From the NCBI GenBank assembly GCA_963703315.1, contig OY969811.1:4224001-4288000 (forward strand): 64,000 bases of DNA. The letters are read 5' to 3'. Under the pieces are notes generated by a model. It worked only from the letters and a program-made list of their open reading frames with translations. It searched no databases and was not told the origin of the DNA. This DNA comes from an uncultured cyanobacterium. GTDB lineage: Bacteria; Cyanobacteriota; Cyanobacteriia; Pseudanabaenales; Pseudanabaenaceae. Made by a program: the position numbers and the translations under genes. This document shows positions 30,785 through 40,662 of the stretch, piece by piece (position 1 is the first letter of the stretch; every line of letters starts with the position of its first letter).

Positions 30785-31638
30785 ATTGCGATCGCCTCAA
30801 CTCTTACAAAGCACCAATCCGCATCATCCTTTTTTTGCTGACCTTGCTGGCGATCTGGCTACCGATCGCCGCACCAATGTATCTAATTTGGGGCGAGCCA
30901 GTGGGACTTGCCCTAACAATTTTTCTATACGTTGAATTTTTAGGATTGATCTGGTGGTGGGGCAGGAAGATTGCTAAATATTCCTATCCCTATTGCTATT
31001 ACGGCTTAACATTTACTGCTCAAAACGGACGCAATTTTTTATTTGGATTGGGCTTAGGCGTTACGACCCTAATTATTTTCTTTTGCTTACAAGTGAGTCT
31101 CGGCTGGTTAACTGTGCAAACCGTTGATTGGCAGAACCCATTACCAGCGAGATTATTGCCAATGCTTGGTGTGTATTTTGTCGATTGGCAAGGCGCGATC
31201 GCCCCAGGGCTATTAACCTCAGTTGGCGTGGGATTTGCCGAAGAATTGTTATTTCGGGGTTGGATCTTGTCGGAACTAGAGCGCGATTACTCCAAAAATA
31301 CAGCTTTAATTGCCTGTAGCTTTGTATTTGCAATTTTGCACTTCATTAAGCCCCTGTCCGTGATTCTGGAAACTTGGAGCCAATTTATCGGTTTATTAAT
31401 TCTCAGCATGGCTCTAGGACTAGCAAGGCGAAGATGTGACGGCAGATTGGGCGTGGCGATCGGCTTACATGGGGGCTTGGTGTGGTGTTACTACATTGTG
31501 AATACTACCCATTGGCTCAAACCTTCGGGCGCAGTACCTGAGTGGGTGACAGGCATTAATGGCAATCCGATCGCGGGAATTGTCGGCATTATTTTCTTAA
31601 GTGCGATCGCCCTTGGATTTAGCTATTTCAAGAAGTGA
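30781..31638 (+). CDS. CPBP (CAAX/Abi) intramembrane metalloprotease
   Basis: FAEELLFRGW, FAILHF, AIGLHGG. Confidence 0.88.
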   Translation: MNCDRLNSYKAPIRIILFLLTLLAIWLPIAAPMYLIWGEPVGLALTIFLYVEFLGLIWWWGRKIAKYSYPYCYYGLTFTAQNGRNFLFGLGLGVTTLIIFFCLQVSLGWLTVQTVDWQNPLPARLLPMLGVYFVDWQGAIAPGLLTSVGVGFAEELLFRGWILSELERDYSKNTALIACSFVFAILHFIKPLSVILETWSQFIGLLILSMALGLARRRCDGRLGVAIGLHGGLVWCYYIVNTTHWLKPSGAVPEWVTGINGNPIAGIVGIIFLSAIALGFSYFKK

Positions 31639-31758
31639 GGTTCTACGCTTGGCGCAGAACCTCACTTCTTGAGAGCTTTTGGACTTTTTTAAAATAACTC
31701 TTGCCAGTAGTGCAATAAGTGTATATGATTAGATTCGCTTGGAAAACAACTAAGCAAA

Positions 31759-31840
31759 GGGTCGATGCCCGAGTGGTTAATGGGGGCGGACTGTAAATCC
31801 GCTGGCTACGCCTACGCTGGTTCAAATCCAGCTCGGCCCA
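31759..31840 (+). tRNA. tRNA-Tyr (GTA)
   Basis: GGGTCGA/TCGGCCC acceptor stem, GCGGA-CTGTAAA-TCCGC anticodon arm, long variable arm, GTTCAAATC T-loop. Confidence 0.97.
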
Positions 31841-31943
31841 TCTAAATAAATTAACGGTTGGTATGCTGGTTAATGTTGGTCAATGATCATCGATAACCAT
31901 CTTTACCGCCGTTTTTTTAAGACAAATTTTAAGAATCCAGTTG

Positions 31944-32058
31944 TATAGCTGTAGTCAGTTATGTTAGGACAAAACCAAAACCCAAAAGAGAGTTGCGGCG
32001 CTTCGCGCCGCAACTCTCTTTTGGGTTTTATGTCTTAACTTGCTTAGCTATGGCTATA
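31944..32058. mobile_element. 115-bp MITE-like element (copy A)
   Basis: TATAGC...GCTATA inverted ends and central hairpin GAGAGTTGCGGCGC-TTC-GCGCCGCAACTCTC; 114/115 identical to 43612-43726. Confidence 0.8.
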
Positions 32059-32263
32059 CGTTCTACCCAACACAGCGACAGCAAACCATTGCGGCTATAT
32101 ACAACGACCTCGCCTTTTCGATTTGCTGTACCCATTTTGTACCCAAACCGTACCGAGTCATAACGATTTATACCCCGTTACGACACCATAACGGGTTTCT
32201 TTGCAGACAAAAGCCGTTTAACCAAACGGCTAAACGGCTTGCTGTATATATGCTTGAGTGGTA

Positions 32264-32335
32264 AGCCCTCAACGGGATTTGAACCCGTGACCTTTCCCTT
32301 ACCAAGGGAATGCTCTACCCCTGAGCCATGAGGGC
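32264..32335 (-). tRNA. tRNA-Thr (GGT)
   Basis: Reverse complement GCCCTCATGGCTCAGGGGTAGAGCATTCCC-TTGGTAA-GGGAAAGGTCACGGGTTCAAATCCCGTTGAGGGCT. Confidence 0.96.
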
Positions 32336-32504
32336 GTTTTTTAACGCTTTGTAATTATGACATAGTGATGTACATTTTTGGCAAGCTCTGTAAAAAAAAA
32401 TTTGAGTCCCTAGTAATTAGGCATAATGCGATCTAGTTATCAACTATCAGCGATAGGCGATCGCTATCCTGTAAAATTCATTAAATCCACATGCCGAGCT
32501 ACTC

Positions 32505-32786
32505 ATGCAATACGTTTTGATTATCCATGAAGTCGCAGATTATCTTGCTTGGAAGAAAGTTTTTGATGAGGCGGCTGATATTCGTAGAGAAGCAGGTGAG
32601 CGATCGTATCAGGTCTTAAAATATGAGAATGATCCAAATAAAATTGTGCATTTCTCGGCATGGACTGCGATCGCTGATGCCAAAACGTTTTTTGAGTCAC
32701 CTCAACTAGTCAAAATCAGAGCCGAAGCTGGCGTTAAATCTCCAGAATTTATCTATTTAGAGCAACTTGAATCTGGCACACTCTAA
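32505..32786 (+). CDS. Small ABM-like (dimeric alpha-beta barrel) protein
   Basis: LIIHEVADYLAWKKVFD...FFESPQLVKIRAEAGV pattern. Confidence 0.7.
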   Translation: MQYVLIIHEVADYLAWKKVFDEAADIRREAGERSYQVLKYENDPNKIVHFSAWTAIADAKTFFESPQLVKIRAEAGVKSPEFIYLEQLESGTL

Positions 32787-32811
32787 TTACGGAGAAAATA
32801 TTACAATCGTG

Positions 32812-33675
32812 CTAAATATTATTTTTTAAAACTCTAAACGGTAGATTGACACTTTCCCATTGACGAATAGACAGGTAAATTTGAGTTTTATAAAAATAGG
32901 CTTCTTCATAGGCAAGTCGTAAACTACGCTCAAGAACACTCGGTTCTACATCAGAAGGTTTAGCAGAACCAATTGCCTTACACAAACCAAAGGACAGAAT
33001 TTGTACCAAATGATGACCACAACATACTTGATATGGATCGTGGTCGTTTCTTTTTTGGTTAGCAATATGTTGTTGTAATATTTCATCTTTTAGTCTGTGG
33101 GCTTCAGATTTATTTTTTACTTCTTGAATGAGGTTAATTTCATCTATTTGGAGAGTTTGCTCGTCAATGAATTTACTAAATTTAATGCCCGCAAAGGTTA
33201 AATCTAATCCGTGAATTTGTGAAATCCACAGAAGATAGCCAATAGGCTTTCCAGCTTGGAGCAACACAGATCTTATATCTTTACCAAATTTAGTTATTTT
33301 CTGTTCTGATCCAACCTCTACAAGCACCTTATCGAGGGCGGGAGATTGGATTAGCATTGTTTCTAGATCGTGAGTATCGGTAAGAATTAGATTAGGAATG
33401 TTTGGTAAACCTTCAAGACGATCAAAATCTGCATCAATAACTGCTAAAATCCCTTGAAAATCTTCTTTGTCCAGAATCCCCAAAATCTCAATGGCTCTCT
33501 GCTTGCTAGATGGTTTGCCCGAAGTAGTAACGACTTGACAAGCAACTTTGTCAATAAAACGCTCATAAAAAGTCTTGTCTGTACCACCTTCGACCAATAA
33601 AAACGAGCCAGAGAAACTAGTGCGCCGAAGTCTAATCGCAGCAACTTCTCGATCGACTGTAATAAAGTCTCTCAT
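32812..33675 (-). CDS. DUF4435 (TOPRIM-like) protein, AriB-like
   Basis: Start MRDF at 33675 overlaps the upstream stop (ATGA); FLLVEGGTD, IDADFD, TDTHDLE, VCCGHHL. Confidence 0.8.
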   Translation of the reverse strand: MRDFITVDREVAAIRLRRTSFSGSFLLVEGGTDKTFYERFIDKVACQVVTTSGKPSSKQRAIEILGILDKEDFQGILAVIDADFDRLEGLPNIPNLILTDTHDLETMLIQSPALDKVLVEVGSEQKITKFGKDIRSVLLQAGKPIGYLLWISQIHGLDLTFAGIKFSKFIDEQTLQIDEINLIQEVKNKSEAHRLKDEILQQHIANQKRNDHDPYQVCCGHHLVQILSFGLCKAIGSAKPSDVEPSVLERSLRLAYEEAYFYKTQIYLSIRQWESVNLPFRVLKNNI

Positions 33676-34867
33676 CCTTCTTTCCCTTTCAATTCCACTG
33701 TTAAATCCCAGCGATCTTGAATAATATCTGGTGAATGAGTAGCCATTAAAATATCTAGATCTGCAAGCTTGGTGATTTCGAGTAATTCCTGTAAAAATTG
33801 GGACTGCCATCCCACATGAAGGGATATTTCTGGTTCGTCAATCAAAATTAATGAACCTGCTTCTGCCTTGAATAAAAGCTCATACAACATAATTAGTTCA
33901 TGTTGCTCGCCAGAGGAAAGATCTCTTGGAGACAAGCGATCGCCATTATCAGTTACAAAGAAAAATCCTTCTTTTTTATCAATTTCTAGCTTTTTATACT
34001 TAAACCAATTATTAATAATTCTCTTAAAGACGACAATCCTATCCGCTATATTACTTAAAACATCAAGCTTCTTTTCTGTATCCTCTATGTAAACTGCGAG
34101 GATTCCTTTAGATTTTTATCAATTTCAGTCTGTATTTGGGGAGGTGACTCTTCTGTATCGTCAAGCAATCCAATATCAATAAGACGTTCACGGGATTTTT
34201 CTAGTTCTTCAAATTTATCTCTAAGATAATTGTTTGTGAAATCAGAAGGTGATTTTCGACTAATCATTCTCACTGGAAATGTTCTATCTAATGCTTGAGA
34301 AATAGAAGCATATTGCGCTAGATTTGTATCGATTTTCCTTGCTAATTCTTTCGCTAATTCTTCAACAGCAAGAAATTCACCATAACCAGAGTATACACTG
34401 TCAATATTTAGTAATCTTTGAGATTCCACCAAATAAATAGGGATTTGATCTGTAACATTTTTTTTCGCAAGGATATTTACTTCTAAATCCTTTTTCTTAA
34501 TAATGGGCGGTAAATATTCATTTGCAAATTTGGAATTTTCTTCTTGGGTGTTGTCACTACTAAAAGAAAAATGCTCTTGATTGCCATTACCACTAAAACA
34601 AAATGATAAAGTTGGGTTTGAATCATTTAGAGTTTTTTCTACCTTTAGACAACTATCATCATCAAAAATCACTGAAAAAGTTTTATATGGAGTCTTATAA
34701 AAATAGCCATCTCTTGAACTAAAGAGTGCATTGATGAGTTTAAGAACTGTTGTTTTTCCATAACCATTAGGACTATGAATGATTGTGATTCTTTCATTCA
34801 TGTTCAATGGTATTACATGATTAAAAATTCCAAATAAACCTTCAATAGATATTTCTTTGATTTTCAT
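33672..34867 (-). pseudogene. ABC/AAA_21-type ATPase (AriA-like) split by a 1-nt frameshift near 34113-34117
   Basis: N-half has Walker A SPNGYGKTT; the -1 frame continues SKGILAVYIEDTEKKL...LSSGEQHE...ILIDEPEISLH...ATHSP. Confidence 0.85.
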
Positions 34868-34888
34868 AGTTTTTTGCCATGCTTGATG

Positions 34889-35113
34889 CTAAAGCTCAGT
34901 TTGTTGTTCAGCTTGTAAAGCTAATTTGGGAAATAGAATTACGAAAAATCCCATCCATGCAGTTATGGGAATTGCGACCAGAATCGATACCCAAACTAGT
35001 TTGAATAATAGCCAGCTACCACTAATAATCGAGAATCCAGTCAAGATGATTGACCAAGGCTGACACCACCAAGGTTTATGATTCCAAACGCTATCAGGTT
35101 GTTCTAAAGTCAT
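34889..35113 (-). CDS. Small conserved cyanobacterial membrane protein (DUF6737-like)
   Basis: VWNHKPWWCQPWSIILTG motif and two TM segments. Confidence 0.75.
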   Translation of the reverse strand: MTLEQPDSVWNHKPWWCQPWSIILTGFSIISGSWLLFKLVWVSILVAIPITAWMGFFVILFPKLALQAEQQTEL

Positions 35114-35164
35114 TTTGATTTCCTTTATTTGCCAAGAGGTCGTGCGAAGCACGACCTCTTTATT

Positions 35165-36922
35165 TTACATACGTTCTAAAACACGAATACCGAGGAGATT
35201 TAATCCTAGCTTGAGGGTTTTGGCGGTGATGTCACAGAGACTCAATCGCGAGATTCTTTCGGACTCTTCTGCTTGCAATACTGGGCATTGCTCGAAGAAT
35301 TGATTGAACTTTTGGCTGAGTTCAAAGAGATATTGACAGAGACGATTTGGGAATAACTCTTCCGAAACCGCTTCGATCGCTTCCGCAAATTGCAACAAAT
35401 GCTTAGCTAACACAATCTCTGGCTCTTGCGTGAGCTTGACTGCATCCACATTTAAACTGGCAAAATCAATCTCGCCTTTGCGACCAATCCCTTGCACGCG
35501 CACATAGGCATAGAGCATATAGGGTGCGGTGTTTCCTTGCAGAGCTAGCATTTTGTCAAAGCTGAAGATGTAGTTACTGGTGCGATTTTGCGAGAGGTCG
35601 GCGTACTTGACGGCTCCGAGTCCAACGGCTTCGGCGACATCTTGCTTAAACTCTTCTGAGGCTTCAGGATTGCGGGTTTCGATGTCGGCACGGGCGCGAG
35701 TAATTGCTTCTTCTAAGAGACTCTTGAGCGCGATCGTATCCCCCGATCGCGTTTTAAATTTCTTGCCATCGTCACCCATCACCAAACCAAAGGGAACGTG
35801 GGTAGTCTGCACAGTGTCAGGAATCCAATTAGCGCGTTTAGCAACTTGGAAGACTTGGGCAAAATGTCCCGACTGTCCGATATCGGTCACGTAAATAATG
35901 CGAGTGGCTTTGTCTGCACGAATGCGATAACGCAGAGCCGCGAGGTCGGTTGTAGCGTAGTTATAGCCACCATCGGTCTTTTGAACGATCAGGGGCAATG
36001 GTTGACCATCTTTATTTGTGAATCCTTCTAAGAAAACACATAACGCACCTTGATCTTCTTGTAATAAGCCAGTTTCACGTAAGTCGGTAACGACATCTGA
36101 CAAGAACTGATTGTAAAAAGATTCACCCCGTTCTTCTAAATGGATATTGAGAGCGTCATAAATCTTTTGGAACTCACGGCGAGACTGTTCGCAAAGTAAT
36201 TGCCATGCTAGTTTTGCCTCAGATCCTCCCGCTTGCAACTCCACTACTGCCGCACGAGAAGTTTCCTTAAAGGCTTCATCTTCATCAAAGCGTTTTTTGG
36301 CAGCGCGATAGAGTTCTACTAAGTCACCGATCGCGATCTCATCGGCTTTGGTTAGGGCCTCGGGATAAACTTCGCGCAAATAGGTAATCAACATCCCAAA
36401 CTGGGTTCCCCAATCACCAACATGATTGAGGCGTAGGACTTCATGCCCTTGAAATTCTAAAATCCGCGCAATGCTGTCACCGATAATTGTCGATCGCAAA
36501 TGTCCAACGTGCATTTCCTTAGCAATATTCGGACTAGAGAAATCGACAATTACGCGCTCTGGTTTATCGACTTTGGCGATCGCGAGGCGATCGCTTTTTT
36601 GCATTTTTGCTAATTGTGACTCTAAGTAACTAAGCTTGAGCTTTAAGTTAATAAAACCTGCCCCTGCGATCGTCGGAGGCTCAAATATTTCATTTACAGT
36701 TTTATCAGCTAGTAAATTTTCAATTATTTTCGCGGCAACATCTTGAGGCTTTTGTTTAAGCTTTTTAGTTAAGCCTAAAGCCGCATTACATTGATAATCG
36801 CCAAATTTAGCATCCTTAGAAGGCGCAACGGCGGGATCGTGGTTGGCATATTCTTCACCAAAAGCAGCAGCGATCGCCTTGGCAAAACGAATTTTTAAAT
36901 CGGATAAAACGGAGGTGGTCAT
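35165..36922 (-). CDS. argS: Arginine--tRNA ligase
   Basis: [48 protein letters not shown]. Confidence 0.98.
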   Translation of the reverse strand: MTTSVLSDLKIRFAKAIAAAFGEEYANHDPAVAPSKDAKFGDYQCNAALGLTKKLKQKPQDVAAKIIENLLADKTVNEIFEPPTIAGAGFINLKLKLSYLESQLAKMQKSDRLAIAKVDKPERVIVDFSSPNIAKEMHVGHLRSTIIGDSIARILEFQGHEVLRLNHVGDWGTQFGMLITYLREVYPEALTKADEIAIGDLVELYRAAKKRFDEDEAFKETSRAAVVELQAGGSEAKLAWQLLCEQSRREFQKIYDALNIHLEERGESFYNQFLSDVVTDLRETGLLQEDQGALCVFLEGFTNKDGQPLPLIVQKTDGGYNYATTDLAALRYRIRADKATRIIYVTDIGQSGHFAQVFQVAKRANWIPDTVQTTHVPFGLVMGDDGKKFKTRSGDTIALKSLLEEAITRARADIETRNPEASEEFKQDVAEAVGLGAVKYADLSQNRTSNYIFSFDKMLALQGNTAPYMLYAYVRVQGIGRKGEIDFASLNVDAVKLTQEPEIVLAKHLLQFAEAIEAVSEELFPNRLCQYLFELSQKFNQFFEQCPVLQAEESERISRLSLCDITAKTLKLGLNLLGIRVLERM

Positions 36923-37014
36923 GGGTTAGTAGCTGAGATCTCAGGCTAATCAATATAGCTTTTTTTATGCTCTACTCAATATTATGGGCGATAAGTAGGA
37001 ATGCTTAATTATTT

Positions 37015-37089
37015 GTAGGATGCGTTAGTGCAACGTAACGCATGAATTAGGCATTAATTATGGGTTACGCGATCGCTAACCCATCCTAC
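37015..37089. repeat. GTAG-type REP doublet (REPIN-like)
   Basis: GTAGGATGCGTTAG..CGTAACGCAT...ATGGGTTACGC..CTAACCCATCCTAC. Confidence 0.6.
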
Positions 37090-37154
37090 ATTTAACCTAC
37101 GCAGTCAAGGGAACTAGAAATGCAATATCAGCTTCTGAGTTTTATATAGGCAAA

Positions 37155-37730
37155 ATGCTTAGACTGGTCTACAGGAAAGACAAGAATATGAAAATTTTAA
37201 GAATGCAAACTTTCAAGCTACTTCTAAAGCGACTATCTTTAAGTGTTGGTACTTTAGCGATCGCGCAATTATCTCTATTCACAAATCCCAGTTTTGCAGC
37301 GCCAAACAATCTCACTCTGAGCGTTTGTCCTGCAAATTCTGGTGCTGCTTTTCCCATTTGTCCGACGGAGTTTAGCCTGACTCAAACACCACGTCCTTAT
37401 TATGAAGGTGGCTATACCATTGATGGCTCAGCGTCTCTCGGTTGGGTTGCCAGACCGTTTCAGATCGAAAAAAGCGATGATTTTAGTGTGACTTGGGTAG
37501 CAAAGCTGCAATTGAAATATCGCAATTGCAAAGCAACAGCCCGAATTACTCAAGTTAATGGCGATCGCTTTGAGGGACATTCCTATCTACGGGCGCGGTT
37601 TGTGAATGAGAATGTATATCTGATTTTAGATATGACGGGACTGAATGATGCGAATAGGCTAACGCCTGTAATTTTGCAAAAAAATGTCAAAAATGGTAAT
37701 CCTGTGTGGACTTGGGGCGGTACTGATTAA
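37155..37730 (+). CDS. Hypothetical secreted protein
   Basis: Signal-peptide-like N-terminus; ends WGGTD; exact start uncertain. Confidence 0.6.
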   Translation: MLRLVYRKDKNMKILRMQTFKLLLKRLSLSVGTLAIAQLSLFTNPSFAAPNNLTLSVCPANSGAAFPICPTEFSLTQTPRPYYEGGYTIDGSASLGWVARPFQIEKSDDFSVTWVAKLQLKYRNCKATARITQVNGDRFEGHSYLRARFVNENVYLILDMTGLNDANRLTPVILQKNVKNGNPVWTWGGTD

Positions 37731-37836
37731 AGATTTTTACCGAGGCGATCGCTACTACTTTTTGTCGCCAGATTATCCCTAAACAGGCTAGGATACGAAT
37801 ACACCAAGTAATACATCAAGTAATTAGGAATTAACA

Positions 37837-38133
37837 ATGGTAGAACGTCCTATCAAAAAAGCGGATCGTCAACCTACGCCAGAGGGTAACGAAAATACTA
37901 GCGCTAAACGGTCTGATGACTCCGACAAAAAGCGTTCTAGCCGTGATGGTGGTAAAGGGAAGAGAGATAAAAGAGGGGGAAGGGATGAGGAAGTCAAGGC
38001 TCCCGTAAATCTTGCGTTAATCAGAGGACCAAAGCCAACTAAACCACAACCCGTCATCGAAGAAGTTGTTGCCGAAGAAGTTGTCACTGAAGAAGTTGCG
38101 GAAATAACCGAAGAAAGCACACCTGAAGCATAA
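37837..38133 (+). CDS. Small disordered conserved cyanobacterial protein
   Basis: MVERPIKKADR...PVNLALIRGPKP, acidic tail; AGGA RBS. Confidence 0.7.
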   Translation: MVERPIKKADRQPTPEGNENTSAKRSDDSDKKRSSRDGGKGKRDKRGGRDEEVKAPVNLALIRGPKPTKPQPVIEEVVAEEVVTEEVAEITEESTPEA

Positions 38134-38197
38134 AAGACAATGGCGGCGCGATGCGCCGCCATTGTCTAAAAAATAAAAGAGGCGCATCGCGCCTCTT

Positions 38198-39040
38198 TTA
38201 TTTTTTAGACGTTAACAATCCTTGACTGGGACTGAAAGCTAGCGTTAATAAAAATAAAAGTAGTACCGATAGGACGATCGCAGGACCAGAGGGTAAATTC
38301 AAATAGTAACTGGCATATAACCCGATCGCACTTGCCATAACCCCTAAACCTGCTCCCACAAAAATCATCTGATGCAATTCTTTCACTAATAAATAAGCCG
38401 TAATCGCAGGTCCTACTAATAGCGACACCACCAACACCACGCCCATTGTTTGCATACTGGCAATGATCGTCAAAGTTACCCCTGCCATTAAGCCCAAATA
38501 GATCAGATTTACAGGTAATCCTAGCGCTTGCGCCCCAATCCGATCAAAGGTGTAAAAAAGTAATTGCTTGTAAAACATGGCGATCGCTGCCAACACGATC
38601 ACCGTAATAATTCCTGCGCGAATTGTGTCGGTTTGGGAAACGCTGAGAATATCGCCAAACAAAAATCCATGTAGATCGATTTTGATTTTCAGCAAGGAAA
38701 TCAACAAAATACCGATCGCAAAAAAACTTGATGAAGTCAAAGCCATCGCTGCATCAACTTTGACGCGAGTTTGCGATCGCAACCATGCAATCAAAAAAGC
38801 ACTGCCAATACCTGAAATAAATGCCCCAATCGCCACATCGATTTTATAAAAAAAGGCGATCGCCATCCCCGGCATGACGGTATGGGTCATCACATCCCCT
38901 AGCAATGCCATCCGTTGCACAATCAAAAAGCACCCGATCGCTGGACAAATAATTCCTGCTAAACCACCTGCAATCAAGGCATTTCGCATGAATTCCAGCG
39001 CAAGCGGCTCACTGAGCCATTGCCAGATTTGATTAGCCAT
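38198..39040 (-). CDS. Mn/Zn ABC transporter permease
   Basis: FMRNAL, QRMALLGD..H..MPG, FLFGDILSV, PSGPAIVL. Confidence 0.88.
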   Translation of the reverse strand: MANQIWQWLSEPLALEFMRNALIAGGLAGIICPAIGCFLIVQRMALLGDVMTHTVMPGMAIAFFYKIDVAIGAFISGIGSAFLIAWLRSQTRVKVDAAMALTSSSFFAIGILLISLLKIKIDLHGFLFGDILSVSQTDTIRAGIITVIVLAAIAMFYKQLLFYTFDRIGAQALGLPVNLIYLGLMAGVTLTIIASMQTMGVVLVVSLLVGPAITAYLLVKELHQMIFVGAGLGVMASAIGLYASYYLNLPSGPAIVLSVLLLFLLTLAFSPSQGLLTSKK

Positions 39041-39047
39041 AAATTTA

Positions 39048-39554
39048 TTAATCCTTTGCTGAGCCAAAAGCAGCGATCCATTTGTGTTGAATTGCGGTTT
39101 CGAGAATACTTTGGACGATCGCTAACCATGCAATATTTTCAAGTAACAGGATGGCGATCGCTAAAGCTAGTTGGACTAAAGGCAAGAGTGTAAGTGTTGG
39201 TAAATCGCGATCAATTGCGCCAAAGCTACGGATACAGGCAAAGGCTAATATTGCGCCTGATTTGAGATGGGAGTTGCGATCGCGCCGCACAATATAGCGA
39301 TAGGTGACGGCAAACAAAAAACCTGAAAAGCCAATCATGCCTAGCTTGATCAGCAAAATGAAGGAGTTGCCAAGCTCAAAGCTGCTGATTAGTTGCCCAG
39401 TCAGAAAATTCTGTAAAAAGTGATGTAGTAGGGCGATCGCAAAAAATGCGAAAACACTAGCGATCGCGCCGAGAAAGCCAGCTTTAAAAGATTCAAGGCG
39501 ATCGGCTATAGATAAATGCTCTGATTCGGTCGAAATAGGATGAGAAGATTGCAC
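39048..39554 (-). CDS. Hypothetical membrane protein
   Basis: RLESFKAG, LFAVTYRYIVRRDRNSHLKSGA; several TM segments. Confidence 0.7.
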   Translation of the reverse strand: MQSSHPISTESEHLSIADRLESFKAGFLGAIASVFAFFAIALLHHFLQNFLTGQLISSFELGNSFILLIKLGMIGFSGFLFAVTYRYIVRRDRNSHLKSGAILAFACIRSFGAIDRDLPTLTLLPLVQLALAIAILLLENIAWLAIVQSILETAIQHKWIAAFGSAKD

Positions 39555-39608
39555 GCTCGTTAACTATTTTTAAAGTGTTATTTCTTGGGTTGGTAGTAGC
39601 TCATCTGT

Positions 39609-39643
39609 CTACGCCTACGCTGGTTCAAATCCAGATCGTCTCA
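39609..39643 (+). repeat. Duplicate of the tRNA-Tyr 3' end (att-like scar)
   Basis: CTACGCCTACGCTGGTTCAAATCCAG identical to 31806-31831; 32/35 over the whole 3' end. Confidence 0.8.
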
Positions 39644-39688
39644 TATTTACAAGGAGAGAAAACGAAGTTTTCTCTCCTTGTTGTTTGA

Positions 39689-40609
39689 CTAGGCAAAAAT
39701 TTGACTTAGGGCTGTATCAATATTGGGATATTTAAACGCAAATTTACTAATTTCGGCTTTATGTGGCACAACGCGCTGACCATCTAATAACACCGTTGCA
39801 CCTTCGCCAAAAACTAGCACCAACGCCGCCGCAGGAACTGGTAAAAAAGCGGGACGTTTGATTGCTTTGGCAAAGGCAACTGTAAAATCTTCATTAGTCA
39901 CAGGTTGAGGAGCCGTAGCATTTAAAGCACCTGACACCTGCTCATTTTTCAAGGCATAGATGATTAGCTCTACAAGATCATCACGATGAATCCATGAAAA
40001 CCATTGTTTACCAGAGCCAATCTTACCGCCGCCGCCAACTTGGAAAATCGGTAACATCTTGGCGATCGCCCCACCCAATCCTAAGACAATGCCAGTTCTG
40101 AGCTTGACTAGTCTCACACCTAAATTGGACACTGCATCGGCGGCAGCTTCCCACTCTTTGCAAATATTTGCCAGAAAGTCATTACCTGCATCACTATATT
40201 CATCAAAGGTTTTGTCTAGACTCGTGCCGTAATAACCGATCGCGGAGCCACTAATTAATACTTTGGGCTTCACCTCAGCTTGGGCGATCGCCTCTACCAA
40301 GACCTTTGTGGTTAAAATCCGACTATCGCGGATCTCCTGCTTCCGTTTGTCAGTCCAGCGCACACCAGCGAGGGGTTCACCAGCGAGGTTAATCACGGCA
40401 TCACTGCCAGAGATGGCACTAGCCCAATCATTTAACTCAAAAGGTGTATAGCCAATAATTTCCACATTGGGGAAACTTTCTTTAGGAAACTGGCGGATTG
40501 CTTTGGAAGAATCGCGAGCAAGGATAATCAGGCGATCGCCTAAACTATGCAAACGCTCAACTAATTTTACGCCGACGAACCCTGTAGCACCCGTTATTAC
40601 AATTTTCAT
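39689..40609 (-). CDS. TIGR01777 family NAD-dependent epimerase (YfcH/ThyD-like)
   Basis: ITGATGFVG, NLAGEP, GSAIGYYG, QWFSWIHRDD. Confidence 0.9.
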   Translation of the reverse strand: MKIVITGATGFVGVKLVERLHSLGDRLIILARDSSKAIRQFPKESFPNVEIIGYTPFELNDWASAISGSDAVINLAGEPLAGVRWTDKRKQEIRDSRILTTKVLVEAIAQAEVKPKVLISGSAIGYYGTSLDKTFDEYSDAGNDFLANICKEWEAAADAVSNLGVRLVKLRTGIVLGLGGAIAKMLPIFQVGGGGKIGSGKQWFSWIHRDDLVELIIYALKNEQVSGALNATAPQPVTNEDFTVAFAKAIKRPAFLPVPAAALVLVFGEGATVLLDGQRVVPHKAEISKFAFKYPNIDTALSQIFA

Positions 40610-40662
40610 AATTTATTTCTGGTTAAATTGCTGTTGAATAGTCTAACTTTGCGCCTCTCTTT

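Noticed and set aside
33676..33810. N-terminal extension of the DUF4435 ORF given in the track
   Set aside because: It overlaps the ATPase C-terminus; the ATG at 33675 overlapping the ATPase stop is the better start.
34085..34120. Programmed -1 ribosomal frameshift in the ATPase
   Set aside because: No canonical slippery heptamer or clear stimulatory hairpin; a 1-nt deletion or sequencing error is simpler.
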